From an uncultured virus (IMG/VR IMGVR_UViG_3300005613_000039) (Duplodnaviria; Heunggongvirae; Uroviricota; Caudoviricetes), in the IMG/VR virus record IMGVR_UViG_3300005613_000039: DNA of 64,000 bases. One strand, written 5' to 3'. The notes under the pieces were generated by a model. It was not told the DNA's origin, did no database searches, and was given only the letters and a program-made list of their open reading frames with translations. Below are positions 30,933-40,764 of this stretch, in pieces (within the stretch, counting starts at the first letter, position 1; each line of letters starts with the position of its first letter). A program made the position numbers and the translations under genes.

Positions 30933-31180
30933 TTTCTATTTTCTCTATATGTATTAACTTCATGGTGCTTCCTTTTTTTTCTTCGAATACCTGCTATAGA
31001 GCCGTCGCACATAAAAATCTCTAAATCTTTTATTCCTAATTCTTTAGACATCTTTCTTTCTATCTTTCCAATTTTAGAATAAAATAAGTCTTCTGCTTTT
31101 CTAGCTTCTCGTATATAAGGTTTTAATTTTTTAATTAATTCTTTATTTTTCATCTTCAATAATCTTAACTTTCTGAGCAA
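30929..31180 (-). CDS. Hypothetical protein
   Basis: ORF track. Confidence 0.45.
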   Translation of the reverse strand: MLRKLRLLKMKNKELIKKLKPYIREARKAEDLFYSKIGKIERKMSKELGIKDLEIFMCDGSIAGIRRKKRKHHEVNTYRENRK

Positions 31181-31275
31181 TTACTTCATCGCTCCAACCA
31201 GTAAAACAAACATGCTTCTTTTCCCAACTGAAATAAGTCGAATATCCACAATGAACTAATCCCAAAATAAGTCCG

Positions 31276-32418
31276 TCAATATATTCTTTTTATCTTTTTT
31301 CTTTCTTTCACCTTTCTTTGGCATAGTGGGCATATTTTTTGTTCTTTCCAAATCTTCTCTAATTCTTCTTGAGATTTATTTAATCTATCTTTTAAAACTT
31401 TTTTATCAATAGTAGTTGTTTGTAATTGTTCTATATTAAGAGATAATTCTTCATTTAATTGCTTCATTTTTTGAAGCGTTTCTGCTTTATTAATAAGTTG
31501 TTTTTCATCAAACTTTACAACTTTTATGTTATTTTTTTGTTTTTTTACTGTTTCTAAATTATTATTAATTGCTTCTAATTCATATGAAAGTTCTTGTATT
31601 TGTTTTAGTTGTTCAGCTTGCTCTTTTAATTCTTTGATCTTTTTATCACTAATTGTTTTAATTTGAGATGTTTTAAAATTTACAAATTCGTTTTGTTCTT
31701 TATTTGCTTTTAATTTCTCGCTTAAATTTTTTAAATGTTCATAAATTTCCATTTCTTCTTTTATTTTTTCATATTGCTCAGTTACCAAACAAAGTTTCTT
31801 TTTCAATTTTTTGTATGATAACGAATATTCACTTAATTGTTCTTCTTGTTTAACTAAATTTTCTTCAGTTTCTTTTATCTCTCTATTAAATCTCAAATTT
31901 TCTCTATTTAATTCCTTAAATGCCTTATCTAAAACTTCGTTTCCTGTAAGTTTATTAAACAGTTTTGCTTTAAATGTATCAGAATAAGTTGAATCTAAAA
32001 GAAAATTTAATTGATCTTGACTGGCAAAATTCAAATTTATATGCTCGTCATCAACATTAATCGTATTTATTCCAAAGACTTCGACAATTTCTTCTGGCGT
32101 ATTTTTGCCAAACGAGTCAAATATTTTATCTTCGCAATTCTCTTTAGAAAGAATATATCTATTTATTGTATTACTTCGAATTCTTTCTACTTGAAAGTCG
32201 TTAACAAGCCAAACTTTTACAGAAGTTTCTTTTGTACCTTCTTTTCTATAATCAGATTCCGAAATATTTGAAAAATTAAATAGCCATTCCATAGCTCTGA
32301 AGACTCCAGATTTACCTGAGTCGGTTAGACCTGTGATGACATTAATATCAGATTTAAAATCTAATTTTAAATCTGCATGTCTCTGAAAATTTTTAATATG
32401 TATTCTTTGAACTTGCAT
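31276..32418 (-). CDS. SbcC/Rad50 ATPase N-terminal half with zinc hook
   Basis: IKNFQRH, Walker A GLTDSGKS, Q-loop ASQ, coiled coil, CPLC. Confidence 0.85.
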   Translation of the reverse strand: MQVQRIHIKNFQRHADLKLDFKSDINVITGLTDSGKSGVFRAMEWLFNFSNISESDYRKEGTKETSVKVWLVNDFQVERIRSNTINRYILSKENCEDKIFDSFGKNTPEEIVEVFGINTINVDDEHINLNFASQDQLNFLLDSTYSDTFKAKLFNKLTGNEVLDKAFKELNRENLRFNREIKETEENLVKQEEQLSEYSLSYKKLKKKLCLVTEQYEKIKEEMEIYEHLKNLSEKLKANKEQNEFVNFKTSQIKTISDKKIKELKEQAEQLKQIQELSYELEAINNNLETVKKQKNNIKVVKFDEKQLINKAETLQKMKQLNEELSLNIEQLQTTTIDKKVLKDRLNKSQEELEKIWKEQKICPLCQRKVKERKKIKRIY

Positions 32419-32419
32419 A

Positions 32420-32629
32420 TTAGTATTGTCTAGTTCTATGATTACGCATTTTAGCTTTCAGTCTTTCAGCTTTTTTTCGTTTTTCACGTTTGACTTCGTT
32501 GGGTTTTTTAAAGTATCGACGTTCTCGAATTGCTCGCAAAAATCCATCTTTATTACAGAGTTTTTTAAATTTTTTCAATCCCTTTACAAATGCTTCATCC
32601 GATTTGTCTCGAATTTTCACTTCAATCAT
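32420..32629 (-). CDS. rpsU: 30S ribosomal protein bS21
   Basis: 69 aa; GLKKFKK..DGFL..IRERRYFKKP..KR.KRKKA pattern; GGAG SD. Confidence 0.88.
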   Translation of the reverse strand: MIEVKIRDKSDEAFVKGLKKFKKLCNKDGFLRAIRERRYFKKPNEVKREKRKKAERLKAKMRNHRTRQY

Positions 32630-32840
32630 AAAAAAAATCTCCTTCCTCTAGCTCGTCAATCAATTTCCACTCGATACATTTTTTTAAAAATCCTAATTTA
32701 ATTGAACTTTCGGTATAACCTATTGCCTTCAAAGCATCAACAATAATATCTAAGTCATCATAAATATTTTCAGATATCGAAGATCGCACCGATACAATTT
32801 TTCGAAAATCATGTAATTCGTTATCAATATAAATTTTCAT
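32622..32840 (-). CDS. Hypothetical protein
   Basis: ORF track; ALKAIGY..SI motif. Confidence 0.5.
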   Translation of the reverse strand: MKIYIDNELHDFRKIVSVRSSISENIYDDLDIIVDALKAIGYTESSIKLGFLKKCIEWKLIDELEEGDFFYD

Positions 32841-33081
32841 TGTTTTTTAAGTCTATCTTTTTCTGTTGTCTGGATTTTTTTCGCTTATCTTTATGAATAA
32901 TCGTTTTGGGATTTCTTGTCCAACGCTTACGTTGTTTCAAATCGGCTGTTGAAAGATAATGAGGTTTACATTTTTTGTGTCGATATAGTTTTTCTCCTAC
33001 AAGATTCTTGCCAATAGCAATATAATCATTCTTTTTAATTGGTTTTTTACAGATATAACAAATTAAATAATTTTCATGCAT
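32824..33081 (-). CDS. Small Zn-finger basic protein
   Basis: CYIC..HKKC. Confidence 0.5.
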   Translation of the reverse strand: MHENYLICYICKKPIKKNDYIAIGKNLVGEKLYRHKKCKPHYLSTADLKQRKRWTRNPKTIIHKDKRKKSRQQKKIDLKNNENLY

Positions 33082-34100
33082 TATTTATTCCCATCGTATA
33101 ACTTGCCATTATAAATGCATCGACCCTGAACGATTCTTTTAATATCTACATCAAAATAACCATTTTTAAAAAAATGTACTACAGCAAATCCATGCGACCA
33201 TTTATTAGGACGATTTTTACCATAAGCAGGCGCTAAATCGCATAAACAACCTAAACAATATCCAACCAATGCAATATCTCTTGCGGGAGATTCTGAACAT
33301 CTGAATCTAGGACTATGCATATCGGCATGTAATACGTTGGTTTGAAACTTGTCAATATGAGATTTTACATAATTTTGATTATGATAAATACCATGAGTGA
33401 AACACAATCTGCCAATTCTTTCGATATGATTAATTTCATCATAAACTTTATAGCCTCTTTCTTCTAATTTCAATTCAACTTTAGGTTCTAAGAGACCTTC
33501 AAGAGCGGGCATTTCTTCAATCAATTGAAAATACCAATCCTCATGATTACCATAGAAAAATCTTTTATCACATTCTTTAGAAAGAATAGAATCAAATTTA
33601 TCTAACAATTTGTTTCCCTCAATATAATCATCTTTCATTCTTTTATTTTCAAGAGTTCTCTTTTTATTTTTAAGCCAATGCGAAATAGGTTCCATATCCA
33701 TGAAGTCGCCCAAAATTATAAAACCTTCTGGATTTATATCTTTAGTAATTGATAATGCTACCTTCATAGCAGAAGTATTTACATAGGGAACATGAGAATC
33801 AGCAATAATCATATAGGATTTAAAGGGTTTTTCTTTTCCTTTATTTCGAGTTGGTTTTGGAATTTTCCAATCGATTGGTTGAATATTCTGTAATTTGTTT
33901 GCAGGCTTTTGAGAAACGGTTTTAGATTGCAGATATTTTCTTGATTTAATTTTCCCTGCTTTTCGTAATTTCTGGCAAGTATATTGAATAGTTCTTAATC
34001 CACGCTGAAAAAGTTTAGCTAAATCAAGATCATCTTTACCATCGTTATATAATTCAATAAATATCTTTTCATCAATATTTATTTTTTTATTTTTTGACAT
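33081..34100 (-). CDS. Calcineurin-like metallophosphoesterase with N-terminal HTH-like region
   Basis: ADSH, LGDF.D, GNHE, THG, ADMHS, GCLC. Confidence 0.8.
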   Translation of the reverse strand: MSKNKKINIDEKIFIELYNDGKDDLDLAKLFQRGLRTIQYTCQKLRKAGKIKSRKYLQSKTVSQKPANKLQNIQPIDWKIPKPTRNKGKEKPFKSYMIIADSHVPYVNTSAMKVALSITKDINPEGFIILGDFMDMEPISHWLKNKKRTLENKRMKDDYIEGNKLLDKFDSILSKECDKRFFYGNHEDWYFQLIEEMPALEGLLEPKVELKLEERGYKVYDEINHIERIGRLCFTHGIYHNQNYVKSHIDKFQTNVLHADMHSPRFRCSESPARDIALVGYCLGCLCDLAPAYGKNRPNKWSHGFAVVHFFKNGYFDVDIKRIVQGRCIYNGKLYDGNK

Positions 34101-34103
34101 AAA

Positions 34104-34490
34104 TTACTCCTTTGATTTCCAATATTTTGATTCTAAAAGTACGTACATTATAACAGTTCCTACGATTCCATAAAAATAAAATTCTAATCCAATTAAAAAT
34201 CCCAAAATAACATTGATTAACAAAGTAGAAGCTGTTGTTAATCCTTCGACATTTTGTTTATATTGCGTTATAACACCATTACCAATAAAAGAAATGCCAG
34301 CAATTGTATAAGCCATCAGTCGAAAAAAATCAAAATGATAAACAGTTGATAATTTCTGAGACAATATAGCCACCAAGCATGCACTTAAACAGACAATTGC
34401 CATAGTACGAGAACCACCGCTTTTCTCGTGTCTTTTTCTCTCTTTTCCAAGAATCCATCCTGTTAAAATTGATAATAAAATTCTAAGCAT
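34104..34490 (-). CDS. MgtC/SapB family membrane protein (membrane domain only)
   Basis: LG.ER..GSRT..GISFIGNGVI..VEGLTTAS. Confidence 0.85.
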   Translation of the reverse strand: MLRILLSILTGWILGKERKRHEKSGGSRTMAIVCLSACLVAILSQKLSTVYHFDFFRLMAYTIAGISFIGNGVITQYKQNVEGLTTASTLLINVILGFLIGLEFYFYGIVGTVIMYVLLESKYWKSKE

Positions 34491-34803
34491 TTAAGTGTTT
34501 TTCTAAATAATTTATTTCATTTTCAGTTCGAGATATTGCTTTGAGATGATTTACCCAAGCATTACAGCTATAAATAATATCTTCTTCTCCAAAAAAGGCC
34601 TTTGCGAATCTATGCGAATAAATAATCTCATCCTTATGTATCCAAAAAACTTTTTGAGCTAATAAATCTAAATTTGCTTCTGAATTATGAACAAGAGACA
34701 AATATTTCATATGCTCTGTGTATCCATTTTTTTCTGCTTGTAAAACTGCTTTATATAGAATTTCTTGATCTTTCATGTTATTTTCCATTGTCATCCGTTG
34801 CAA
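34483..34803 (-). CDS. Hypothetical protein (paralog of 49443-49775)
   Basis: EIL.KA..II.SH.FAKAF.GE..W..HL..YLEK.L. Confidence 0.6.
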   Translation of the reverse strand: MQRMTMENNMKDQEILYKAVLQAEKNGYTEHMKYLSLVHNSEANLDLLAQKVFWIHKDEIIYSHRFAKAFFGEEDIIYSCNAWVNHLKAISRTENEINYLEKHLNA

Positions 34804-34987
34804 ATGCTATTTTTTGTCCATTAGGCTTTTCAGCTATTAAGATATATGCTTTGTTATCATATACTCCCGTTCCGTTACATCTTGAACAAATTTCTTTTTT
34901 AGTTTTATTTCGATATATAATTCCCAGTCCATTACATATATAGCATTTTCTTGATTTTGAAGTTTTTTGAAATTTAACTTTATTCAT
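34778..34987 (-). CDS. DnaJ-type Zn-finger small protein
   Basis: CYICNGLG and CSRCNGTG. Confidence 0.65.
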   Translation of the reverse strand: MNKVKFQKTSKSRKCYICNGLGIIYRNKTKKEICSRCNGTGVYDNKAYILIAEKPNGQKIAFATDDNGK

Positions 34988-34998
34988 TTAAATTCTTT

Positions 34999-35655
34999 TT
35001 ATCTCGTTGTATATGGCTGTTTAATCATATCTAAAAATCTTTTCACATCTGATAATGGTTCAAGAATAGATAATCCTTTATCTGTAAATAAGTTCCATCT
35101 TATCATACCCCAATTAATACCAACTAATTCTCCGTTGACATTAAAAACTCCTCCACCTGAACATCCCGAGATTGTATGATAATCCCCGTATTGCCAATCT
35201 TTACTTTTTCTTTTAATATTACCCCCCGAAACTAATTCTCCTTCGCTTGGATAACCTAAATGATAAACTTTATCTCCTATATTTGTTTGTTTGCGAGCTA
35301 AATCGACTGCAACCTTGTTTTTTATGCGAGGAGCAACAACTATTGCCAAATCATCGTCATTTGAAACGGAAGTATAAGTTGATAATTCATTATCAATATA
35401 AACTTCTTCGAACGTGCCCGTACAGTGTTTTGCGGTTAAAGTGACACTATAATCTTTACTATTTTCGATAAGTACACCAGTACAGATACCAGTTTTATTT
35501 CCTATCGAAAAAATAGCAACTGTTGATTTCTGCATTAAATAAGTCAAAGATGGTGGAACTTCGGGTGTTTCAGACTTCAATACATCATTTTGACTGTATG
35601 AAGATGTGCAAAAAATTGCACAAATAGCTATAAAAATAATTAATATTTTTCTCAT
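34999..35655 (-). CDS. Secreted trypsin-like serine protease
   Basis: Signal peptide; TAKHC, DLA, GCSGG catalytic triad motifs. Confidence 0.85.
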   Translation of the reverse strand: MRKILIIFIAICAIFCTSSYSQNDVLKSETPEVPPSLTYLMQKSTVAIFSIGNKTGICTGVLIENSKDYSVTLTAKHCTGTFEEVYIDNELSTYTSVSNDDDLAIVVAPRIKNKVAVDLARKQTNIGDKVYHLGYPSEGELVSGGNIKRKSKDWQYGDYHTISGCSGGGVFNVNGELVGINWGMIRWNLFTDKGLSILEPLSDVKRFLDMIKQPYTTR

Positions 35656-35840
35656 TTTTTAATTTTTGATATCTTACAATTCAATACATAGTTATATTTC
35701 TCATTGCAAGGAAGAGTAAGAATCAATTTTCCTTTCTTTTTAATAATGCGAGCTTGTTTATAAATAGAATCTATTAACTTCTTTGTAATTCTAAAAGAAG
35801 ATTGATCTAATTTAGAAGATTTAAAAACTTTATAACTCAA
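35652..35840 (-). CDS. Hypothetical protein
   Basis: ORF track; overlapping neighbours. Confidence 0.5.
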   Translation of the reverse strand: MSYKVFKSSKLDQSSFRITKKLIDSIYKQARIIKKKGKLILTLPCNEKYNYVLNCKISKIKK

Positions 35841-36088
35841 TTTTTATCTTTCTCTATGCCAGTAATTATATCTTTTTTATTTCCTGTTGGTCGTTTATAA
35901 ATTTTAACTTTTTTAGGCATATTCTTATAAACTTTTCGTAAAGATTGTCGTATATCAACCAATAATTTCAATTTCGTAATCATTACTTCTTTGACTAATT
36001 CTTCAGATGACGCATCGTTCTTAATTAGAGCTTCAATCACTTTGAACACTTCATCATCAGTAATTCTTTTGTAATTCTCCATTTTCAT
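35837..36088 (-). CDS. Hypothetical protein
   Basis: AAGGAG SD. Confidence 0.55.
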   Translation of the reverse strand: MKMENYKRITDDEVFKVIEALIKNDASSEELVKEVMITKLKLLVDIRQSLRKVYKNMPKKVKIYKRPTGNKKDIITGIEKDKN

Positions 36089-36271
36089 ATTCTCCTTTTT
36101 TATTTATGATAGAATGTAACTTCCCAAGCTCTTATCTGAAATGAATCAACACGCCTAAATTACAAATTTCTAATCTTATCGCATCTGAATGCAAAACTAT
36201 TCCAATCAAACAAAAATCGTCAATTCCCCAAGAATTAAAAAATTGTATTTTCATATTAATCTCCTTTATTA

Positions 36272-36302
36272 AAGTATAACATATCAAATCATGCTTTGTC
36301 GA
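36272..36302 (-). promoter_or_regulatory. Sigma70-type promoter (TCGACA-18-TATACT, extended -10)
   Basis: Minus strand TCGACAAAGCATGATTTGATATGTTATACT followed by AAAGGAG SD and ATG; near-identical to 57154-57184. Confidence 0.65.
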
Positions 36303-39300
36303 GTGTTTGTGAACTTATCGAGTCCAGTTTTTTATTAACTTCCTTTGTTTTCAATGACTTAGAAGATTTCTTTTTATTGAGATTTACTTCAAAATTAGTA
36401 ATTAAAACTTCTTGTGATTGATGTTTTGATTTATCACTATATCCCCCAACCTTGGCATTATACTTTTTACTTAAATAATATAGATTATAATTTTTAGCAA
36501 ATTCTTTCAAAAGAATATTTTCTTTATTCCCCTTTGTTATAATATTTGATAAACACCATTTTGACTTAATAGTAGATAACCAATTTAAGAATTTTTCTTC
36601 TTCTTTGTTATCCCAAGAGCCAGCTGTATAACAATCATTTGATAATAAATAAGGTGGGTCTAAATATAATAATGTATTTTCATTTACTTTTGTTTTATCA
36701 TATGATTGAAATAAAATATTAAATTTTGAAACTTTACTCTCTAAACTCTCTAAACTATGCTTAACACATCTTCTTCCCCAAGTCTGATTAAATTCTCCTT
36801 TTAAATTAAATCTTGCTAAATTGTTAGTACAACTCCCTAATAAAATATGAAACAATGCACTTTTTTCAATTGAACTATTTAAAGAATTAAACTTAGCTCT
36901 TATTTCATTATAATAGTCTTGATCGTCTCTAATTCTTTCAATGTCATAAGACTCAATAATAGCAACTAAGGCTTTATTGTTATTTTTGATATAATACCAT
37001 AAATCAATTAAATGTTTATTTGTATCTGCAATAGTATATGATTTAGCTTCTGTATTTAAACTAAATACAGCACTGCCTGCAAAGGCCTCATAAATACTAT
37101 CACATTTTGACTGTTTAAAAACTTTTTGTAAAATAGATAATAAAGTCTTCTTATTGCCTGGCCACTTAAAAGGATATAATACATTTTTTGGTTTAGGAAA
37201 ATCTTTGATATTTATTATTTTTTCTGATTTGATTTTAAATTCTTTGCTTTGTTTTTTCTGTGACTCAATAGACTTATTTTTCTCTTTTCTTCTTTTTTTA
37301 ACCTCTTTGGCACTATAATGCTTTTTTAATTCCTCAAAATTATCACAATTTTCAAGCAATTTATTACGATACTGACTGCCTAAAATAATTTCATACGATT
37401 CTGCCAAATCTAATAAATCAGTTGACCAATTTAATCCTTTAAAAATAGGCACTAATATATTTAAAATATTTTTTTCAATCATTGCTTTCCAGTCTACATT
37501 ATTCTTTGCAATATGCTCATAATATTTATTTCCTAATGCGATTTTTTCTACGCTTTTACAATAGATAATATAAAATCTATCGCCAATTAATTTATTAAAT
37601 TCAGGAACTAATTTCTTGGCTTCTTCTAAAGGTTTAAGCCACTTTGGAGTTGTTTTATAGTCTTCTATATTTTTATTGATTTTTACAGGTAAAGATATAT
37701 CTCGAATGTCTGAGTTTTTCATTGCCTCAATTTGCTGATCTAGCCACTTTAAAAGCACTTCTTTATCTGTTCCATCTAAAATCATATCATATAGTTTTTC
37801 TTGAAAAGATTTAACCCATTTTCCAGTGTCTCGTCTTTTCATTTGAATACCTTTAGTTTCTATTTTTTGACCTTTTTTGGGTCGTTCTAGTCTTCCTCTA
37901 TAACGACACATGGCTTGGATAAAAATTGAGCTAAAAAATCCCTCATAGTCGAATTGAATATTGATATCAACATTGTTATACTTTTCTAATCCCCATTCAA
38001 TTGCCCACTGATTTAATTTAGATGTAATATCTTCTTGTCCCTGATAAAAGACCGAATCAGTGTCAATATAACGAATTTGATAATTGTGTTTATCGAGTTT
38101 CTTTTCTACATAGTGTAACAAGTCTCTAACAAGAAATGTAATTGTATCTGCAACATCAGCATTATATAATCTAAAGTAGGGCATGCCGAAAACGCCAAAC
38201 GCTGAATTAACTAAGGCTTTTCTTGAATCATAAGCAATTTGTGTTTGTTTGTATTTTGGATGATCTGAATCCATCTGAGTCAATGTATTCTTTAATTCAT
38301 TTTTCATTTTCAACAATCTTGCTGTTAATGTTGGAAGAATTGTATTAGAATCTTGTTTGATATGATATGTTGTTTTAAATTGTTTTGATTCTCTATACAA
38401 TACATCTATTTGAATAGTGTCTTCTTTTGATTGAGAGACATAATTTTCGGGCGATAAACAAAAATCAATAATAGCTTGTGGATAAGCTCCGGAAAGATCA
38501 ACCTTGGCTAAATCTTTATAAAGACCTGTTCCAAACGTGTCACGATAAGCACCTTCTACATCTCCCTTTTCACCTTCACGATTCTTACTAGGAAGCACGA
38601 TGTTTAATTTTTTAGCCTCTTCTAAAGCTAACATGTCAATCAACTTACTATTATTAGATTGCCATTGATAAGCTCTCATTTCGCTAGGAAGGTCTTCCCA
38701 ATCGCATCTTGTTAATAATCGAATTTCATCAAAGTATTCAAATAAATTCAATTTTTCATTTAATTCGACCATTTTTTTAACGTCAAGAATATTCTTCTTT
38801 TTGGCAACTTTGATATCTGTAAAGTCAAAATCGCCTTCAATCTCATAATCTAACTCATCATTAGCAACATTCATTAAGGCGTAAGAATCCTTTTTGTGTA
38901 AAGTGTATTTTGCATAAAGTCCCATCAAGTCAACAATAGAAATCCCTGCTGGCATTTCGAATCCTTTACGCCAATGAGATTGATTAATCGATGAAATCTT
39001 TTTAGGAAAATCATTGATTCTATAATAAAGATAGTGATAGTCAAATGAACTATTCCATGCACAATTATGTGTTAAAATATTATTTCCAATATAAATATGA
39101 TATTTATCTAAAGAAATTTCAATTGTTTTTTGTTTCCCGTTAGGTTTGATGTCTTGAATTTTTTCAAAAATATATTGATTAATAAACGTATTTAAATTTT
39201 GTAATTTGTATTTTTTATATTGAGATAATTTATTGTCTATTAGCAATCTTCGGATTAGTTTTAAAGCGAATTCTCGATTGATTGTTTCTTTAGATTGCCA

Positions 39301-40764
39301 AAATCTATTTTTTTCTTCATAAGTTAATTCTAAATTCCATTTTTTAATTAATTTATATAGATAATTTTTTAATGGAATAACATCCAAGGAACACTTACTA
39401 GAGTAATCAAGCCATTCTTTTTTGTTTTCATGTTGACAAAATAACTCTTTATTATTTTTAGATTGATAAATTGATAACGAATAAAAATCTTTTCTGAGAG
39501 ATTTTCCTAATCTTTTACTAATTTTATTAGGTATTCCCACTCCCCATAAAATATACGAAGTCCAATCTACTAAAGATTTATCTATTGTTCCACATTGCAA
39601 ATGCTTATTAACTAAACATCCATCGCCATCTATAAATCCAGAAATAAATGATAATTGTTCGTTTGGCTGTAATAAATTCAAATATTCTATAAGATTTTTT
39701 TGCATATCTTTTATTTTTGAAATTAAATTTATTACTTCTAAAGATTGAATACTATATAAAATATAACAATTTTTATATTTTTTGATAGTTGATTTAATAT
39801 TTAGATTATTTAAATATTCTTGAGCTTTTAACAAACAATTATAATTACTGTCTTTGATTTCAATTCTTTTATTATTTCCTTTCGTGCCATCGGCTTGATA
39901 ATATCCCAAAAGCCAATGCAATGATGAAAATTCACCAGAACTTTTAATGTAGTTAGTAGGAATTAAAAAGTAATCGTCAATAGTAATTTCTTCGGCCTTT
40001 TTTAAAGTTGTTAAATTGTAATCATTTTGGATAATTAAATTCTGATTTAATACAGGAAATTTATGATTAAACGAAGCAATGATGTTGTTTGTTCGTGTAT
40101 AAAATTTTAAAGTGTCACGAAATGTATTAAATTTATTTGTAATTTTTGCTTCTTGATAATTGTGTTGATTGTTTAACGATAATAAAGTTTCGCCAACTTG
40201 ACAATTCTTTATTTTTTTGAATCCATTCATAGTTTTAACAATTGTTTCTGGGTCTAAACACATAACATCTGGCTTTATATGTTTAATTTCTTGGCAAAAC
40301 TTTTCTAACATCTCCCATTCAGATTCATAATCTTCGATATAAAATGTTTTATACTTCTGAATATAATTATCATACATAGTAATTACAGAAACAGGATATT
40401 TAGCTTGCTGTTCTTCTTTTGGTTGAGGTAATTCTGAAGCTTGAACTTCAATATCAAAGTAGATTATTCGTGTTTTTGATTTTTCGAACGTGGGAATTTT
40501 ATCCAAGATATATCTTTTGGTATAAATAATATCAGCTTCATGAGCTTGAGAACTTTTTTGTTTTCGTACTTCTGAAGGCTTATTACAATAAATTTTTTTT
40601 AGTGCTTGTCCATAAATAGAAACAGCATCTGATTCTTTATCTGATGTTGGCTCGTAATAGTAGGGATAAAAAGATTTATCGTCTCGAACAGATAAACTTC
40701 CATCTTCATTTCGTATAAATAAATAAACATCTTTTTCATTGTTGGCAATATTCTGAATTTTCAT
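36289..40764 (-). CDS. polB: Family B DNA polymerase with intein, fused to C-terminal Dam-type (D12 class) N6-adenine methyltransferase
   Basis: ExoI FDIE, ExoII (spliced) PDVM/CAWNSSFD, DLSGAYP, KALVNSAFG, YIDTDSVF; then PFKWPGNK, EAFAGS, RFNLKGEFN, YLDPPY in one uninterrupted frame. Confidence 0.9.
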   Translation of the reverse strand: MKIQNIANNEKDVYLFIRNEDGSLSVRDDKSFYPYYYEPTSDKESDAVSIYGQALKKIYCNKPSEVRKQKSSQAHEADIIYTKRYILDKIPTFEKSKTRIIYFDIEVQASELPQPKEEQQAKYPVSVITMYDNYIQKYKTFYIEDYESEWEMLEKFCQEIKHIKPDVMCLDPETIVKTMNGFKKIKNCQVGETLLSLNNQHNYQEAKITNKFNTFRDTLKFYTRTNNIIASFNHKFPVLNQNLIIQNDYNLTTLKKAEEITIDDYFLIPTNYIKSSGEFSSLHWLLGYYQADGTKGNNKRIEIKDSNYNCLLKAQEYLNNLNIKSTIKKYKNCYILYSIQSLEVINLISKIKDMQKNLIEYLNLLQPNEQLSFISGFIDGDGCLVNKHLQCGTIDKSLVDWTSYILWGVGIPNKISKRLGKSLRKDFYSLSIYQSKNNKELFCQHENKKEWLDYSSKCSLDVIPLKNYLYKLIKKWNLELTYEEKNRFWQSKETINREFALKLIRRLLIDNKLSQYKKYKLQNLNTFINQYIFEKIQDIKPNGKQKTIEISLDKYHIYIGNNILTHNCAWNSSFDYHYLYYRINDFPKKISSINQSHWRKGFEMPAGISIVDLMGLYAKYTLHKKDSYALMNVANDELDYEIEGDFDFTDIKVAKKKNILDVKKMVELNEKLNLFEYFDEIRLLTRCDWEDLPSEMRAYQWQSNNSKLIDMLALEEAKKLNIVLPSKNREGEKGDVEGAYRDTFGTGLYKDLAKVDLSGAYPQAIIDFCLSPENYVSQSKEDTIQIDVLYRESKQFKTTYHIKQDSNTILPTLTARLLKMKNELKNTLTQMDSDHPKYKQTQIAYDSRKALVNSAFGVFGMPYFRLYNADVADTITFLVRDLLHYVEKKLDKHNYQIRYIDTDSVFYQGQEDITSKLNQWAIEWGLEKYNNVDINIQFDYEGFFSSIFIQAMCRYRGRLERPKKGQKIETKGIQMKRRDTGKWVKSFQEKLYDMILDGTDKEVLLKWLDQQIEAMKNSDIRDISLPVKINKNIEDYKTTPKWLKPLEEAKKLVPEFNKLIGDRFYIIYCKSVEKIALGNKYYEHIAKNNVDWKAMIEKNILNILVPIFKGLNWSTDLLDLAESYEIILGSQYRNKLLENCDNFEELKKHYSAKEVKKRRKEKNKSIESQKKQSKEFKIKSEKIINIKDFPKPKNVLYPFKWPGNKKTLLSILQKVFKQSKCDSIYEAFAGSAVFSLNTEAKSYTIADTNKHLIDLWYYIKNNNKALVAIIESYDIERIRDDQDYYNEIRAKFNSLNSSIEKSALFHILLGSCTNNLARFNLKGEFNQTWGRRCVKHSLESLESKVSKFNILFQSYDKTKVNENTLLYLDPPYLLSNDCYTAGSWDNKEEEKFLNWLSTIKSKWCLSNIITKGNKENILLKEFAKNYNLYYLSKKYNAKVGGYSDKSKHQSQEVLITNFEVNLNKKKSSKSLKTKEVNKKLDSISSQTLDKA
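39064..40260 (-). mobile_element. Intein (399 aa) with LAGLIDADG homing endonuclease in PolB exonuclease domain
   Basis: Starts CLDPET; HKF block B; LLGYYQADG and FISGFIDGDG; ends THN followed by Cys. Confidence 0.92.

Noticed and set aside
30929..30990. Possible frameshift at A8 run giving alternative C-terminus GSTMKLIHIEKIENE
   Set aside because: Both endings overlap the next gene plausibly; cannot be decided without homologs or reads.
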